A stretch of DNA of 32,604 nucleotides from an uncultured Clostridia bacterium (GCA_947632525.1 CANRPQ010000002.1:1-32604), one strand, 5' to 3'; positions 1-10,421 are shown, counted from the stretch's first letter. Notes: generated from the letters alone by a model not told the origin. Translations and numbers: made by a program.

Positions 1-48
1 AAATTCATTAAGAATTATCCTCTACTCGATTATTAGAGATATTAGCTA

Positions 49-162
49 TTAGCAGCAACCTCCTCTACCGCCACCACAGCAGCAGATTAAAACAAGGATA
101 ATAATAATCCAAATGCAGCAATCATCACCGAAACCGCATCCACAACCTCTGTTTTCTGACAT
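49..162 (-). CDS. Tiny Cys/Gly-rich hydrophobic peptide (37 aa), YjcZ-like small membrane/sporulation-type peptide
   Basis: Hand translation of the minus strand gives MSENRGCGCGFGDDCCIWIIIILVLICCCGGGRGGCC*. The ATG (rc of 160-162) lies 7 nt after GGAGGG (rc of 170-175). It is below the ORF-track size cutoff. The family name comes from recalled resemblance only. Confidence 0.6.
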   Translation of the reverse strand: MSENRGCGCGFGDDCCIWIIIILVLICCCGGGRGGCC

Positions 163-198
163 AACTTTTCCCTCCTTTCAAATATAAGTAACTAGAAA

Positions 199-306
199 TT
201 AGCAACCACATCCATTGTTACATCCACAATTGTTTCCACCGCAGCAGAAAAGTAACAAGAATAGGATTATGAACCATAAAAGCTCTCCGTTATTACAACA
301 TCCCAT
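199..306 (-). CDS. Tiny Cys/Gly/Asn-rich hydrophobic peptide (35 aa), paralogue-like partner of 49..162
   Basis: Hand translation of the minus strand gives MGCCNNGELLWFIILFLLLFCCGGNNCGCNNGCGC*. The ATG (rc of 304-306) lies 7 nt after GGGAGG (rc of 314-319). It has the same architecture as the neighbouring peptide: Cys/Gly ends around a hydrophobic core. Confidence 0.6.
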   Translation of the reverse strand: MGCCNNGELLWFIILFLLLFCCGGNNCGCNNGCGC

Positions 307-521
307 TTCTATACCTCCCTATGAACATTAATTTTTTAGTTCTTTAGTATGGTATATAATATTCTTTTTTTAAAAAAGTGTTACTATATTGATAGTTGTA
401 CCTCAAGTATTAACCCAAGAACAAAAAAATAAAAAAACTGACTAAAAACTATACAAAAAATAAAAAAATAATGATATAATTTGTCCAAAGAAGAAAACGG
501 ATAAAATTGGGAGGAAAAAAA

Positions 522-2633
522 TTGGGAAATATAGTATTATTAGATGATAACACAATTAACAAAATTGCAGCAGGAGAAGTAATAGAAAGACCAGCATCTG
601 TTGTAAAAGAATTAATGGAAAACTCTATTGATGCGGGCTCAACTTCAATTAATGTAGAAATTAAAAATGGTGGTATTTCATACATTCGTATTACAGATAA
701 TGGAAAAGGAATAGCACCAGATGATATGGAAATAGCATTTGAAAGGCATGCTACTTCTAAAATTAGAAAAGCAGAAGACTTGGAAACAGTTACTTCTATG
801 GGATTCAGAGGTGAGGCATTAGCAAGTATAGCAGCAATTAGTAAAATTTCTATGACTTCTAAAACTGAAGAAAATGAAATTGGATATAAAATAGAAATAG
901 AAGGTGGAAAAATTATTAATAAAGAAGAAACAGGTTGCCCAAAGGGAACTACTATTGTAATTACTGACCTATTTTTTAATACACCTGTTAGATATAAATT
1001 TCTTAAAAAAGATTTTACAGAAGCAGGATATATTGAAGATGTTGTAACAAGAATTGCATTAGTACACCCTGAAGTTGCTATTAAATTAACCAATAGCGGA
1101 AAAACAATTATACAAACACCAGGTAATAATGAACAAAAAGCAACTATTTACAGCATCTATGGAAAAGACATTGCAGAAAATATTTTAGATGTAGACTATA
1201 CATATGAAGACATGCACATTACTGGAGTAATTGGAAAACCAGCGATTGCACGTTCTAATAGGACTAACCAATTATTTTTTGTAAATAAAAGATATATAAA
1301 GGATAAAACACTAACAACTGCTGCAGAACAGGCATATAAAGGCCTAATTACAATCGGAAAATATGGATTTTTAGTATTAAACATTGAAATGAATCCACAA
1401 AAAGTTGATGTTAATGTACATCCTGCAAAATTAGAGGTCAGATTCGAAGAAGAAAATAAAGTATTTAAAGCTGTATATCATGCTATTAAAGATACCATGC
1501 TAAAAGGAGATTTAGTAACAGACACCGAAAGAGAAAAAACAGATTTTGTAAATGATAATCCTATTTCAGAAAAAATCGATAATACAGCTACTGTTATGAC
1601 AACTGCAAAAGTTGCAGAAGAATTAAAATTTAATAAAAATATGGAAGATGATGAAGAAAAGAAATTTGGATTTGGTGGATTATTTAGAAGAATGAAAGAG
1701 AAGAATGAAGCAGAAGACCCATTTACAGTTCCAAAAAAAGCAGAAGTAATTACACAAGTTGAAGATACAAAGCAATTAGACAACATGGAAACTAAAGTAT
1801 TAGACACTAAAGAAGTTAATGAAAAATTAATGGAAGGTGTCAAACAATTAGAAAACTTAAAAATAGACCCACAAATAGAAGATTTTGACGAAATGTATAT
1901 ACGTACTTTTGGAAGCATGCCAGTAGAAGCTAAAAAAGAAGCTGAAAAGGAAGCGGAAAAACTTAAAGAAGAACAAGAAAAATATCAACTAAAACCAGAA
2001 GAATTGAAAACTGCAGAAAATGTTTCTATTTTTCCAAAGGAAGAAAAACCAGGAATTCCAGATTATAAATTTATTGGAATAGCATTTTCTACTTATATAA
2101 TTTTAGAATTAGACAAAGAATTATATATTTTAGATCAACATGCAGCACATGAAAGAATTTTATATGAAAAGGTAAAGAAAAATTATTACAGCGATGATCA
2201 AAAGGACTCACAACTAATGCTATTACCAGATATTATTAACTTGTCACATAAAGAAATGGATATTGCAAAAGAAAATATGGATATGTTCAGAAAAGCAGGA
2301 TTTACATTAGAAGAATTTGGAGAAAATACTATTAAATTAAGTGGAGTTCCTAATATTTGCTTAGATTTAGAAACAAAAGAATTATTTCTAGAAACTCTTG
2401 ATGAAATTAATACGATAGCAAGAACTGCAAAGCAAGAAAAAGAAGAAAAATTTATTGCAACAATAGCATGTAAAGCTGCAGTAAAAGCAAATATGGCATT
2501 AACAAAGGAAGAAGTAGATAAATTAATGGAACAATTATTAGTATTACCAAATCCATTTACTTGCCCACATGGTAGGCCAACTGCTATTAAAATGACAAAA
2601 AATGATATAGAAAGAAAATTTTCAAGAAGATAA
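522..2633 (+). CDS. mutL: DNA mismatch repair protein MutL
   Basis: N-terminal GHKL ATPase motifs (IAAGEVIERPASVVKELMENSIDAG). C-terminal endonuclease/dimerisation motifs (DQHAAHERILYE, FTCPHGRP). I place the start at TTG 522, 7 nt after GGGAGG (509-514). The ORF track starts at the in-frame TTG 507. Confidence 0.93.
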   Translation: MGNIVLLDDNTINKIAAGEVIERPASVVKELMENSIDAGSTSINVEIKNGGISYIRITDNGKGIAPDDMEIAFERHATSKIRKAEDLETVTSMGFRGEALASIAAISKISMTSKTEENEIGYKIEIEGGKIINKEETGCPKGTTIVITDLFFNTPVRYKFLKKDFTEAGYIEDVVTRIALVHPEVAIKLTNSGKTIIQTPGNNEQKATIYSIYGKDIAENILDVDYTYEDMHITGVIGKPAIARSNRTNQLFFVNKRYIKDKTLTTAAEQAYKGLITIGKYGFLVLNIEMNPQKVDVNVHPAKLEVRFEEENKVFKAVYHAIKDTMLKGDLVTDTEREKTDFVNDNPISEKIDNTATVMTTAKVAEELKFNKNMEDDEEKKFGFGGLFRRMKEKNEAEDPFTVPKKAEVITQVEDTKQLDNMETKVLDTKEVNEKLMEGVKQLENLKIDPQIEDFDEMYIRTFGSMPVEAKKEAEKEAEKLKEEQEKYQLKPEELKTAENVSIFPKEEKPGIPDYKFIGIAFSTYIILELDKELYILDQHAAHERILYEKVKKNYYSDDQKDSQLMLLPDIINLSHKEMDIAKENMDMFRKAGFTLEEFGENTIKLSGVPNICLDLETKELFLETLDEINTIARTAKQEKEEKFIATIACKAAVKANMALTKEEVDKLMEQLLVLPNPFTCPHGRPTAIKMTKNDIERKFSRR

Positions 2634-2643
2634 GGAGATAAAT

Positions 2644-3075
2644 ATGCTTACATTTATATATATTTGTATTTTATTATTGAACATAGTAGCAATTTTATTA
2701 ACATACCACTTTTTAGGAAAAGATATGGATAAGAAGTCAAAAGGAATATTTATTGTAGTGGCAATTGCAGTTATGTATGCTCTAGTTACATCTATTTATT
2801 GGATAGCAACAAAAGATATTGACTTAGGCAATGCAAAAGAAACATGCAAAAATCTAGTAACATTTGCTTTTGTACCAGTAAATATAATTATAATAATGCC
2901 ATTTTTAGCAAGCTCTTACAGAAAATTTCAAAATAAAAGTTTAAAATTCGAACCATTTAGAAATCGCTGTATTTTATTAGGTATTATTTTAATTATAGCA
3001 TTAATTATAGAATTTTTCTATTTTAAGGATATTCAAAATGGAATTACTGCTATTTTACAAACTGTAAGCAAGTAG
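2644..3075 (+). CDS. Small polytopic membrane protein, unknown function
   Basis: 143-aa ORF with about four hydrophobic segments. AGGAG RBS upstream. No recognisable family. Confidence 0.6.
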   Translation: MLTFIYICILLLNIVAILLTYHFLGKDMDKKSKGIFIVVAIAVMYALVTSIYWIATKDIDLGNAKETCKNLVTFAFVPVNIIIIMPFLASSYRKFQNKSLKFEPFRNRCILLGIILIIALIIEFFYFKDIQNGITAILQTVSK

Positions 3076-3087
3076 AGGGAGAATAAA

Positions 3088-4035
3088 ATGCAAAACAAGC
3101 CAAAAGTAATTGTTATCTGTGGTCCAACAGCATCTGGTAAAACAGGACTAGCTATTGAACTTGCAAAAAAAATAAATGGAGAAATTGTATCTTGTGATTC
3201 TATGCAGATTTATAAAGATATGAATATAGGTACAGCAAAGCCTACTCCAGAAGAAATGCAAGGAATACCACATCACTTAATTGATTTTATATCACCTGAT
3301 GAAAGATACAGTGTGGCAGATTTTCAAATAGATGCAAAAAATAAGATTGAGGAAATCTTGAATAAATGGAAAGTTCCTATTATAGTAGGAGGAACAGGAC
3401 TTTATGTTGATACTTTAGTATACAATATTAAGTACCCAGAAATAGAATTAGACATTGACTATCGTAAGTCATTAGAAAAAATGATAAATGATAAAGGATT
3501 AGATGAAGCATATGAACAAGCTAAGAAAATAGACCCAGAAGCAATTAAAAAAATAAGTAGCAATGATAAAAAACGCATTATGCGTATTTTAGAAATCTAT
3601 CATCAAACAGGAAAAACAAAAACACAACTAGAAATAGAGTCTAGAAATGAACAGCCACCTTATGACTATCTTATATATGCAATAAATATGGATAGAGAAA
3701 AACTTTATGATAGAATAAATAAAAGAGTAGACATTATGATAAAGCAAGGATTAATTGAAGAAGTTCAAAATTTAGTAAAAAAATATAATCATTTTCCTAC
3801 AGCTATGCAAGGGCTAGGATATAAAGAAGTAGTTAGCTATTTACAAGGAAATATAACTAAGGATGAAATGATTGAAATATTGAAACAAGAAACAAGAAGG
3901 TATTCTAAAAGACAGTTAACTTGGTTCAGAAAAAATAAAGATATAAAATGGATTAATGGATTAGACCCGAAAGAAAAGAATATACAAATGATTTTGGAGG
4001 ATTATAGTGGAGAGAAGGAAGAAAACCACAACTAA
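3088..4035 (+). CDS. miaA: tRNA dimethylallyltransferase MiaA
   Basis: P-loop GPTASGKT, the DSMQIYKDMNIGTAKP motif, and the typical position downstream of mutL. Confidence 0.93.
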   Translation: MQNKPKVIVICGPTASGKTGLAIELAKKINGEIVSCDSMQIYKDMNIGTAKPTPEEMQGIPHHLIDFISPDERYSVADFQIDAKNKIEEILNKWKVPIIVGGTGLYVDTLVYNIKYPEIELDIDYRKSLEKMINDKGLDEAYEQAKKIDPEAIKKISSNDKKRIMRILEIYHQTGKTKTQLEIESRNEQPPYDYLIYAINMDREKLYDRINKRVDIMIKQGLIEEVQNLVKKYNHFPTAMQGLGYKEVVSYLQGNITKDEMIEILKQETRRYSKRQLTWFRKNKDIKWINGLDPKEKNIQMILEDYSGEKEENHN

Positions 4036-5374
4036 GAAAACGCCAAAAAAGCAATCAGTAAGACAATCAAAAACGGTACAAAAAAGTAAAAAAACAAGAA
4101 AAAACAATAAAGGAATTACTATTAAAGATATTAAGGAAAATAAAAAATTATTGTTAATATTTTTAATCATACTAGTTCTTGTTATTTATTGTGCCTGTAA
4201 AGTTATAGCATTAATTAAAAATCCAACAGATACATTTACAGTAGAACAAGGAAAAATTGTTCAAGAAGAGTCTTCTGTAGGATATATAATTAGAGAAGAA
4301 ACAGTAGTAAAAGGTTCTAACTATAAAAATGGAATGGTTCAAATAAAAACAGAAGGAGAAAGAGTAGGAAAAAATGAAGCAATTTTTCGTTACTATTCTA
4401 GTGGAGAAGAAAGCTTAAAAAAGAAGATTGAAGATTTAGATGTTAAAATAGATGAAGCAATGGAAGAAACCATGACAGGAGAAAAAGGAATACTTACGAG
4501 CGATATAAGAACCTTGGAAAAACAAATACAAGAAAAAGTTACATCTTTAATGGAAGTAAATAATCTTCAAGACATTCGTGAAGCCAAAAAAGATATAAGT
4601 AATAATATAACTAAAAAAGCCAAAATAGCGGGTGACTATAGCCCAGCAGGGTCGTATTTAAAAAAACTTATTGATGAAAGAAGCAAATATGAAAATCAAT
4701 TAAATAAAGGCTCAGAGTATTTAAAGGCTCCAATTAGTGGAGTGGTTTCATACAAACTAGACGGATATGAAGAAATATTAACACCAAGTAATTTTAGTAA
4801 TTTAACCAAGGATACACTAAACAAATTAGATATAAAAACAGGTCAAGTTGTAGCAGATAGCCAAGAGGGCGGAAAAATTATAAATAATTTCAAATGTTAT
4901 ATAGCTTGTATTTTAGATTCAGAACAGGCAAAGAATGTAAAATTGGATGATAAAATAAAAATAAGACTTCCAAATAATGCAGAAGTGTATGGAACTGTAC
5001 AATATATTTCATATGAAGATAATGAAGTAATATTAGTATTAGAATTAACAGAACAAGTACAAGAGCTAGTAAGCTATAGAAAAATTTCATTTGACATTAT
5101 TTGGTGGAGTCATAGTGGTAAAAAGGTTCCAAATAGTGCAATAGGAACAGAACAAAAAGGAGATAATGAAGTATCATATGTAGTAAGAACTAGAGCAGGT
5201 TATCAAGATAAAATTTGGATTAAAGTAACCAAGAAAAATGAAAAATATTCTATTGTAGAAAATTATACAAACACAGAATTACAAGATCTAGGATATTCAG
5301 CAGAAGAAATAAATGGAAGAAAAACACTGACATTATATGACGAAATTTTAAAAAAACCGATACTAAACGACTAA
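4007..5374 (+). CDS. Membrane-anchored coiled-coil/beta-barrel protein, HlyD/membrane-fusion-like
   Basis: GTG start after GGAGG, overlapping the miaA 3' end. Lys-rich N-terminus, one TM segment (LLLIFLIILVLVIYCACKVIALI), a long coiled-coil and a beta-rich C-terminus. The family call rests on architecture only. Confidence 0.4.
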   Translation: MERRKKTTTKKTPKKQSVRQSKTVQKSKKTRKNNKGITIKDIKENKKLLLIFLIILVLVIYCACKVIALIKNPTDTFTVEQGKIVQEESSVGYIIREETVVKGSNYKNGMVQIKTEGERVGKNEAIFRYYSSGEESLKKKIEDLDVKIDEAMEETMTGEKGILTSDIRTLEKQIQEKVTSLMEVNNLQDIREAKKDISNNITKKAKIAGDYSPAGSYLKKLIDERSKYENQLNKGSEYLKAPISGVVSYKLDGYEEILTPSNFSNLTKDTLNKLDIKTGQVVADSQEGGKIINNFKCYIACILDSEQAKNVKLDDKIKIRLPNNAEVYGTVQYISYEDNEVILVLELTEQVQELVSYRKISFDIIWWSHSGKKVPNSAIGTEQKGDNEVSYVVRTRAGYQDKIWIKVTKKNEKYSIVENYTNTELQDLGYSAEEINGRKTLTLYDEILKKPILND

Positions 5375-5431
5375 AAAATATTACAGAAATATTACAATAA
5401 TATTAAATTATTATTACAAACAAAAAAACTA

Positions 5432-5460
5432 TTGACAAGAAAACAAAAAAGTTAGATACT
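5432..5460 (+). promoter_or_regulatory. Putative sigma-A promoter for sepF (TTGACA-17 nt-GATACT)
   Basis: Consensus -35 TTGACA at 5432-5437, a 17-nt spacer and a -10-like GATACT at 5455-5460, about 45 nt upstream of the sepF ATG. Confidence 0.45.
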
Positions 5461-5506
5461 AGTAGCAGAAAAACGAAAGACATAAAAAAATTAGGAGGGT
5501 AATTAA

Positions 5507-5992
5507 ATGGCAGGAGCTATTATGGAAAAAGTATGGGGTTTATTAGGAGTAAACCAAGCAGAAGAACCAGAAGATGAAGAAGAATTAGAAGGCTATGAAG
5601 ATGAAGAAGAAGTAGAAGAAGATTATGAAGAGCAAGAAGAAAGAAAATTATGGGGAAGAAAGAATAGTAAAGTAGTTAACATGCCACAAGTACAACAAGT
5701 AAAAATGGTTATTTCTCAACCAACCACTTTTGAACAAGCTGCTACTATTTGTGATTTATTAAAACAAAAAAAATCAGTTATTGTTAATTTAGAATATGTA
5801 AATAAAGATGTTGCAAGAAGAATCGTAGATGTTGCTTCAGGTGCTGTACGTGCTTTAGATGCACATATGGAAAAAATATCTAACTCTATTATTTTAATTG
5901 CACCAGTTAATTATGATATTGAAAATGAAATGGCAAGAGAAGAAGTTAAAAAATTATCTGTTTCATGGCTAAGAAATGGAAATAATCAATAA
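5507..5992 (+). CDS. sepF: Cell division protein SepF (YlmF)
   Basis: Acidic N-terminal linker followed by a conserved DUF552-like C-terminal domain (VVNLEYVNKDVARRIVD...G). AGGAGG RBS. Neighbour of divIVA. Confidence 0.8.
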   Translation: MAGAIMEKVWGLLGVNQAEEPEDEEELEGYEDEEEVEEDYEEQEERKLWGRKNSKVVNMPQVQQVKMVISQPTTFEQAATICDLLKQKKSVIVNLEYVNKDVARRIVDVASGAVRALDAHMEKISNSIILIAPVNYDIENEMAREEVKKLSVSWLRNGNNQ

Positions 5993-6003
5993 TAATGATA
6001 ATT

Positions 6004-6040
6004 GGATAGCAATAATTTAATGCTATCCTAATTTTATTTA
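6004..6040 (+). terminator. Rho-independent terminator after sepF
   Basis: 8-bp stem ggatagca/tgctatcc (6004-6011 / 6021-6028) followed by a T-rich tail, taattttattta. Confidence 0.55.
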
Positions 6041-6094
6041 TAGTAAAATAGGAAGAATTTTACTGTACAACAAGAAAATTTAGGAGGAATAATT

Positions 6095-6544
6095 ATGCTA
6101 ACACCTTTAGATATAGAAAATAAAAAATTTGCAAAACAAATGATGAATGGATATAGTGTAGAAGAGGTAGATGATTTCTTAGATGAATTAACAGCAGACT
6201 ATGAAAAATTATATAGAGAAATTACAGACAATAAAAATAAACTAGAGGAATTACAAGAGGGAATTGGAAAATATAAAAATATTGAAAGCACATTGCAAAA
6301 TACTTTAATAATGGCACAAACAGCAGCAGATGATATGAAAAATCTAGCAAAAAAAGAAGCAGAGCAAATAATCAATGAAGCACAAGCACAAGCAAAGCAA
6401 ACTGTTGTTGAATTAGAACAAGAAATTAATATGAAGAAAAAAGAATTAGACGAATTAGCTAAACAATTTGATGTATATAAAGCTAAAATGGAATCATTAT
6501 TAATTTCTCAACTAGAGTTATTAAAAGAAGTAAATAAAGACTAA
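6095..6544 (+). CDS. divIVA: DivIVA-domain cell division/septum-site protein
   Basis: N-terminal DivIVA signature MLTPLDIENKKFAKQMMNGYSVEEVDDFLDEL followed by a coiled-coil. Confidence 0.88.
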   Translation: MLTPLDIENKKFAKQMMNGYSVEEVDDFLDELTADYEKLYREITDNKNKLEELQEGIGKYKNIESTLQNTLIMAQTAADDMKNLAKKEAEQIINEAQAQAKQTVVELEQEINMKKKELDELAKQFDVYKAKMESLLISQLELLKEVNKD

Positions 6545-6547
6545 CAT

Positions 6548-6584
6548 AAAAATCTGCTATAAATAATAGCAGATTTTTTGTTGT
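6548..6584 (+). terminator. Rho-independent terminator after divIVA
   Basis: 12-bp stem aaaatctgctat/atagcagatttt with a 5-nt loop and a run of T residues. Confidence 0.75.
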
Positions 6585-6642
6585 CATATTTCATAGAACT
6601 AAGAATATTTAAAAATAAAATTTTTAAAATGACAAAAATTTC

Positions 6643-6671
6643 TTTACAATTAGACAAGCTTGGTATATAAT
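6643..6671 (+). promoter_or_regulatory. Putative sigma-A promoter (TTTACA-17 nt-TATAAT)
   Basis: -35 TTTACA at 6643-6648, a 17-nt spacer and a consensus TATAAT at 6666-6671, upstream of rsmD. Confidence 0.45.
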
Positions 6672-6733
6672 ACAAGTGCGATGTAATAATATTACAATTA
6701 CATTAAATAAATGTTACAATTTTATTAAAGCTA

Positions 6734-6761
6734 TTGACATATTAATAGAAAACTATAAAAT
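6734..6761 (+). promoter_or_regulatory. Putative second sigma-A promoter for rsmD (TTGACA-16 nt-TAAAAT)
   Basis: Consensus -35 TTGACA at 6734-6739 and -10 TAAAAT at 6756-6761, about 25 nt upstream of the rsmD ATG. Confidence 0.4.
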
Positions 6762-6785
6762 ATTATATATCATACTAGAGGTATT

Positions 6786-7340
6786 ATGAGAGTAATTAGT
6801 GGAACAGCAAAAGGAACTAAATTAAATTCCATTGAAAGTTTATCTACAAGGCCAACTCTAGATAGAGTTAAAGAATCTTTATTTAATATTATACAAAATG
6901 AAATACAAGATACTATTATATTAGATTTATTTTCAGGAAGTGGTGCAATTGCTATAGAGTTTTTAAGTAGAGGTGCTAAAAAAGCATACCTATGTGAAAA
7001 TAACCACTCAGCTACTAAGATGATATATAGTAACTTAAATAAAACAAGGTTAACAGATAAGGCTATTATTATTCAAAAAGACTATAGAAAAGCATTAGAA
7101 ATATTAAAACAAGAAAATATACAATTTGATTTTATATTTTTAGATCCACCTTATCAAGCTAATTTTGCTGTAGATGCTACTAATAAAATTTTGTCATTAA
7201 ATTTACTTAAGGAAAAAGGAACAATAATTATAGAAACCGATGATGAGAAGCGAGAATTACTCGAATTAAAAGAATTAAATGTAAAGATAGATGATATTAG
7301 AAAATATGGAAGAGTTAGTCTTATTTTTGTAAGAGTATAA
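6786..7340 (+). CDS. rsmD: 16S rRNA (guanine966-N2)-methyltransferase RsmD
   Basis: MRVISG...RPT.DRVKESLFN N-terminus, SAM-binding LDLFSGSGAIAIEFLSRGA and the DPPY catalytic motif. Confidence 0.88.
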   Translation: MRVISGTAKGTKLNSIESLSTRPTLDRVKESLFNIIQNEIQDTIILDLFSGSGAIAIEFLSRGAKKAYLCENNHSATKMIYSNLNKTRLTDKAIIIQKDYRKALEILKQENIQFDFIFLDPPYQANFAVDATNKILSLNLLKEKGTIIIETDDEKRELLELKELNVKIDDIRKYGRVSLIFVRV

Positions 7341-7376
7341 TTCTAAGCGTCTTAAAAATCGAAAGGGGTTAAACCA

Positions 7377-7814
7377 ATGGAAATATTTACTTTATTAGAA
7401 ACTTTAGAGGATATGCTAGAAAAAAGCAGAAATGTACCTTTTTCTAGTAAATGCGTAGTAGATAAAGAAGAAATTCTAGATATAATTAAAGAAATTAGGC
7501 TAAAGCTACCAGAAGAGCTAAAACAAGCAAAATGGGTAAAAGAAGAAAGACAACGTATCTTAGTTGAAGCTCAAAGCGAAGCAGACGAGATAATTAAGGA
7601 AGCTGAAAATAGAATTATTTCTATGATTGATGAACATGAAATCACAAGAAAAGCTTATGAAAAGAAAGTAGAAATTATTGAAACAGCTAATGAAATGTCT
7701 CGAGAGATTTCAAAAGGTACCAAAGACTATGCAGACAGTATATTATCTGGTATTGAAGTAGCATTAGAAGATGCGTTAAAAGTAATAAAAAATAATAGAC
7801 AAGAACTTAAATAA
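7377..7814 (+). CDS. Conserved hypothetical coiled-coil protein (ATPase subunit b/H-like)
   Basis: 145-aa Glu/Lys-rich predicted helical protein with an AAGGGG RBS. I recall similar proteins next to rsmD in Clostridia, but their function is unknown. Confidence 0.45.
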   Translation: MEIFTLLETLEDMLEKSRNVPFSSKCVVDKEEILDIIKEIRLKLPEELKQAKWVKEERQRILVEAQSEADEIIKEAENRIISMIDEHEITRKAYEKKVEIIETANEMSREISKGTKDYADSILSGIEVALEDALKVIKNNRQELK

Positions 7815-7823
7815 ATTTTTCGG

Positions 7824-7890
7824 AAGTCAGAAATCGGAAGTCAGAGATTAAAAATCAATGTAATGTTGATTTCCGATTTCTGACTTTTTA
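7824..7890 (+). terminator. Long compound stem-loop terminator
   Basis: aagtcagaaatcgga (7824-7838) pairs with tccgatttctgactt (7872-7886). An inner hairpin aaatcaa/ttgattt lies between them, and TTTT follows. Confidence 0.65.
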
Positions 7891-7946
7891 TGTTAGTTAG
7901 AACACATAACTCACATAATCACATAAACAATAGGAGGAATGTGAAA

Positions 7947-10361
7947 GTGGCAGCAAAACGCGGAAGAAAAAAGAAAAATAAAATAGATATAAATATAGCA
8001 GTAGTAGTTTTAGCATTACTTAGTATTTTACTTATGATTTTAATTTATACCAAATCAGGAAGTATTGGGGCAAAACTTAGCCCAATGCTTGGCGGAATTA
8101 TGGGGTTTATAAAATATATTATCCCAATTGGAACATTACTTATTGCTATTTATATGACACATAATGATAGAGAGTACATGACTCACAAACTAATTCAATA
8201 TGTCATTTTTCTTGCTTGTATTGCAGCAATGTTTAGCATATTTCAATGCAAAATAGATGCCAATAAAGAATTCTCAGATGTAATACAAGATTGCTATTAT
8301 CAAGGCGAAAGAGATGTAGGTGGAGGAGCAATTGGAGCAATCTTGGCGTTTCCTTTAATAAAAATGTTGGGCCCAGTGGGTGCAGCTATTTTAATGATTG
8401 GAATTTCTATAATTATGCTTATTTTCATATTTGGTATAAGACCAGCAGAATTAATTAGTAATTTTCTAGATGACATGCAATACAGAAAAGAAGAAAGAGA
8501 AGCAGAATATCAAAAAGAGATAAAGGGTAAAAAACATTATGATGAAATTGATGAAGAGCCACGCAGAGAAACAAAAAGAGAAAGAAGAATGCGTGAGAGA
8601 ATGGAAGCTGAAAAATTGGCAGCCCAATTTGAAGACCAATTAACAATTAACTTAAATGGTGCAGATGATAAAAAAATGGGTAAAAAATATGATCATACTA
8701 ATGATGAATTAGATATACCATTTTTAGGAAAGAAGAAAGAAAAAATTGACTCAAGAACAATGGATTCACCAAATGTAATAGATGCAAACTTATTTAAACA
8801 AGTTGAAGAACAAAAAGAAGATAAAACAAAAGAGGTACTACAACTAGAACATACTGTTACTGTTGAAGACGAAAATTATGAATTTCCACCAATTCAATTA
8901 TTGAGTGAGCCAGAAAAAAGAACAAGTAGGGGAAGCAAGAAAACAGTAGCAGATACAGCCACTCAATTACAAAAAACATTATATAGTTTTGGTGTTTCTG
9001 CAAAAGTAGAAGATGTTTCAGTAGGTCCAGCAATTACTAGATATGAACTAAAACCTGCAGAAGGAGTACGTGTTAGTAAAATAGCTAATTTAGCAGATGA
9101 TATTGCGCTAAATTTAGCAGCTGAAAGTATTCGTATAGAAGCACCAATTCCTGGTAAACAAGCAGTAGGAATTGAAATACCAAATAAAGAAAATGAAATG
9201 GTACATTTTAGAGAAGTTATTGAAGATAATAAATTTATAGAACACAAATCAAAATTAGCTTTCGGACTTGGAAAAGATGTTGCAGGGCAAGTGGTTGTAA
9301 CTGATATTGCAAAAATGCCCCATGTTTTAATAGCAGGTGCAACAGGTTCTGGTAAAAGTGTTTGCATTAATACATTAATTTCTAGCATTTTATATAAATC
9401 AAAACCAAGTGAAGTAAAACTACTAATGGTAGATCCAAAAATCGTAGAACTTTCAGTATACAATGGAATACCACATTTATTAATTCCAGTAGTAACTGAC
9501 CCTAAAAAAGCGGCAGGTGCTTTGGCTTGGGCTGTACAAGAAATGGAAGATCGTTATCAAAAATTTGCAGCAAAAGGAGTTAGAGATTTAAAAGGATATA
9601 ATGAAGCAATGAAAAAAGAAGAAGGAAATGCAACCTTACCTCAAATTGTTATCATTATTGATGAGTTAGCAGATTTAATGATGGTATCTCCAAAAGATGT
9701 TGAAGATTCTATATGTCGTTTAGCACAAAAGGCAAGAGCAGCAGGTATGCACTTAGTTATCGCAACACAAAGACCATCTGTTGATGTTATAACAGGTATT
9801 ATAAAGGCAAATATTCCATCAAGAATAGCATTCTCAGTATCTTCACAAGTAGACTCTAGAACTATTTTGGATATGGCAGGTGCAGAAAAATTACTAGGTA
9901 AAGGTGACATGCTATTTTATCCAGCAGGTGCTACAAAGCCTACTAGGGTGCAAGGTGCATTTGTATCAGACTCAGAAGTAGAAAAAATAGTAGACTTTAT
10001 TAAAGCAGAAGGTGAAGTTACATACAATGAAGATATTATAGAGAAAATAGAAAATGCAAACAAAACAGAAAAAGAATTAGAAGCAGAACAAGCTGCAGAT
10101 GATGACGGAACAGACCCACTTCTTATGGAAGCCATTGATACAGTAGTAGAATCAAGGCAAGCATCAACATCATTTATTCAAAGAAGATTTAAAGTAGGAT
10201 ATGCGAGAGCAGGAAGAATTATTGACCAAATGGAAGAAAGAGGGGTTATATCAGGATATCAAGGAAGTAAACCTAGAGAGGTTTTAATGTCAAAAGAAAG
10301 GTGGCAAGAATTAAAAATGGCACCAAGTACTAATAATGATACTGATATTAATCAAGAGTAG
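7947..10361 (+). CDS. ftsK: DNA translocase FtsK/SpoIIIE
   Basis: N-terminal TM segments, Walker A GATGSGKS, Walker [11 protein letters not shown] and a C-terminal gamma winged-helix domain ([24 protein letters not shown]). I place the start at GTG 7947, 9 nt after AGGAGG (7932-7937). The ORF track extends it to 7890. Confidence 0.92.
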   Translation: MAAKRGRKKKNKIDINIAVVVLALLSILLMILIYTKSGSIGAKLSPMLGGIMGFIKYIIPIGTLLIAIYMTHNDREYMTHKLIQYVIFLACIAAMFSIFQCKIDANKEFSDVIQDCYYQGERDVGGGAIGAILAFPLIKMLGPVGAAILMIGISIIMLIFIFGIRPAELISNFLDDMQYRKEEREAEYQKEIKGKKHYDEIDEEPRRETKRERRMRERMEAEKLAAQFEDQLTINLNGADDKKMGKKYDHTNDELDIPFLGKKKEKIDSRTMDSPNVIDANLFKQVEEQKEDKTKEVLQLEHTVTVEDENYEFPPIQLLSEPEKRTSRGSKKTVADTATQLQKTLYSFGVSAKVEDVSVGPAITRYELKPAEGVRVSKIANLADDIALNLAAESIRIEAPIPGKQAVGIEIPNKENEMVHFREVIEDNKFIEHKSKLAFGLGKDVAGQVVVTDIAKMPHVLIAGATGSGKSVCINTLISSILYKSKPSEVKLLMVDPKIVELSVYNGIPHLLIPVVTDPKKAAGALAWAVQEMEDRYQKFAAKGVRDLKGYNEAMKKEEGNATLPQIVIIIDELADLMMVSPKDVEDSICRLAQKARAAGMHLVIATQRPSVDVITGIIKANIPSRIAFSVSSQVDSRTILDMAGAEKLLGKGDMLFYPAGATKPTRVQGAFVSDSEVEKIVDFIKAEGEVTYNEDIIEKIENANKTEKELEAEQAADDDGTDPLLMEAIDTVVESRQASTSFIQRRFKVGYARAGRIIDQMEERGVISGYQGSKPREVLMSKERWQELKMAPSTNNDTDINQE

Positions 10362-10421
10362 AATTATTGATTAGATTTTAGAATGCCTAAAAAATTTAAC
10401 TAATGAAAAGAAAGAGAAAAA

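Noticed and set aside
1-520. Absence of mutS upstream of mutL, and of hfq downstream of miaA, as a synteny break suggesting an island
   Set aside because: Only ~500 bp are visible upstream. mutS-mutL and miaA-hfq linkage is not universal in Clostridia, and there are no mobility genes or compositional shift apart from the tiny peptide genes.
5375-5420. Recurrent ATATTACA / ATTACA motifs upstream of the sepF and rsmD promoters (also 6685-6720) as a possible operator
   Set aside because: An 8-mer of this composition is expected a few times by chance in 32 kb of AT-rich DNA, and there is no consistent spacing relative to the promoters.
7821-7848. Tandem direct repeat cggaagtcaga(a/g)at x2 upstream of ftsK
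   Set aside because: One copy forms the 5' arm of the long terminator stem (pairing with 7872-7886) and the other forms an internal bulge. A duplicated terminator arm is the simplest explanation, with no sign of iterons or a mobile element.
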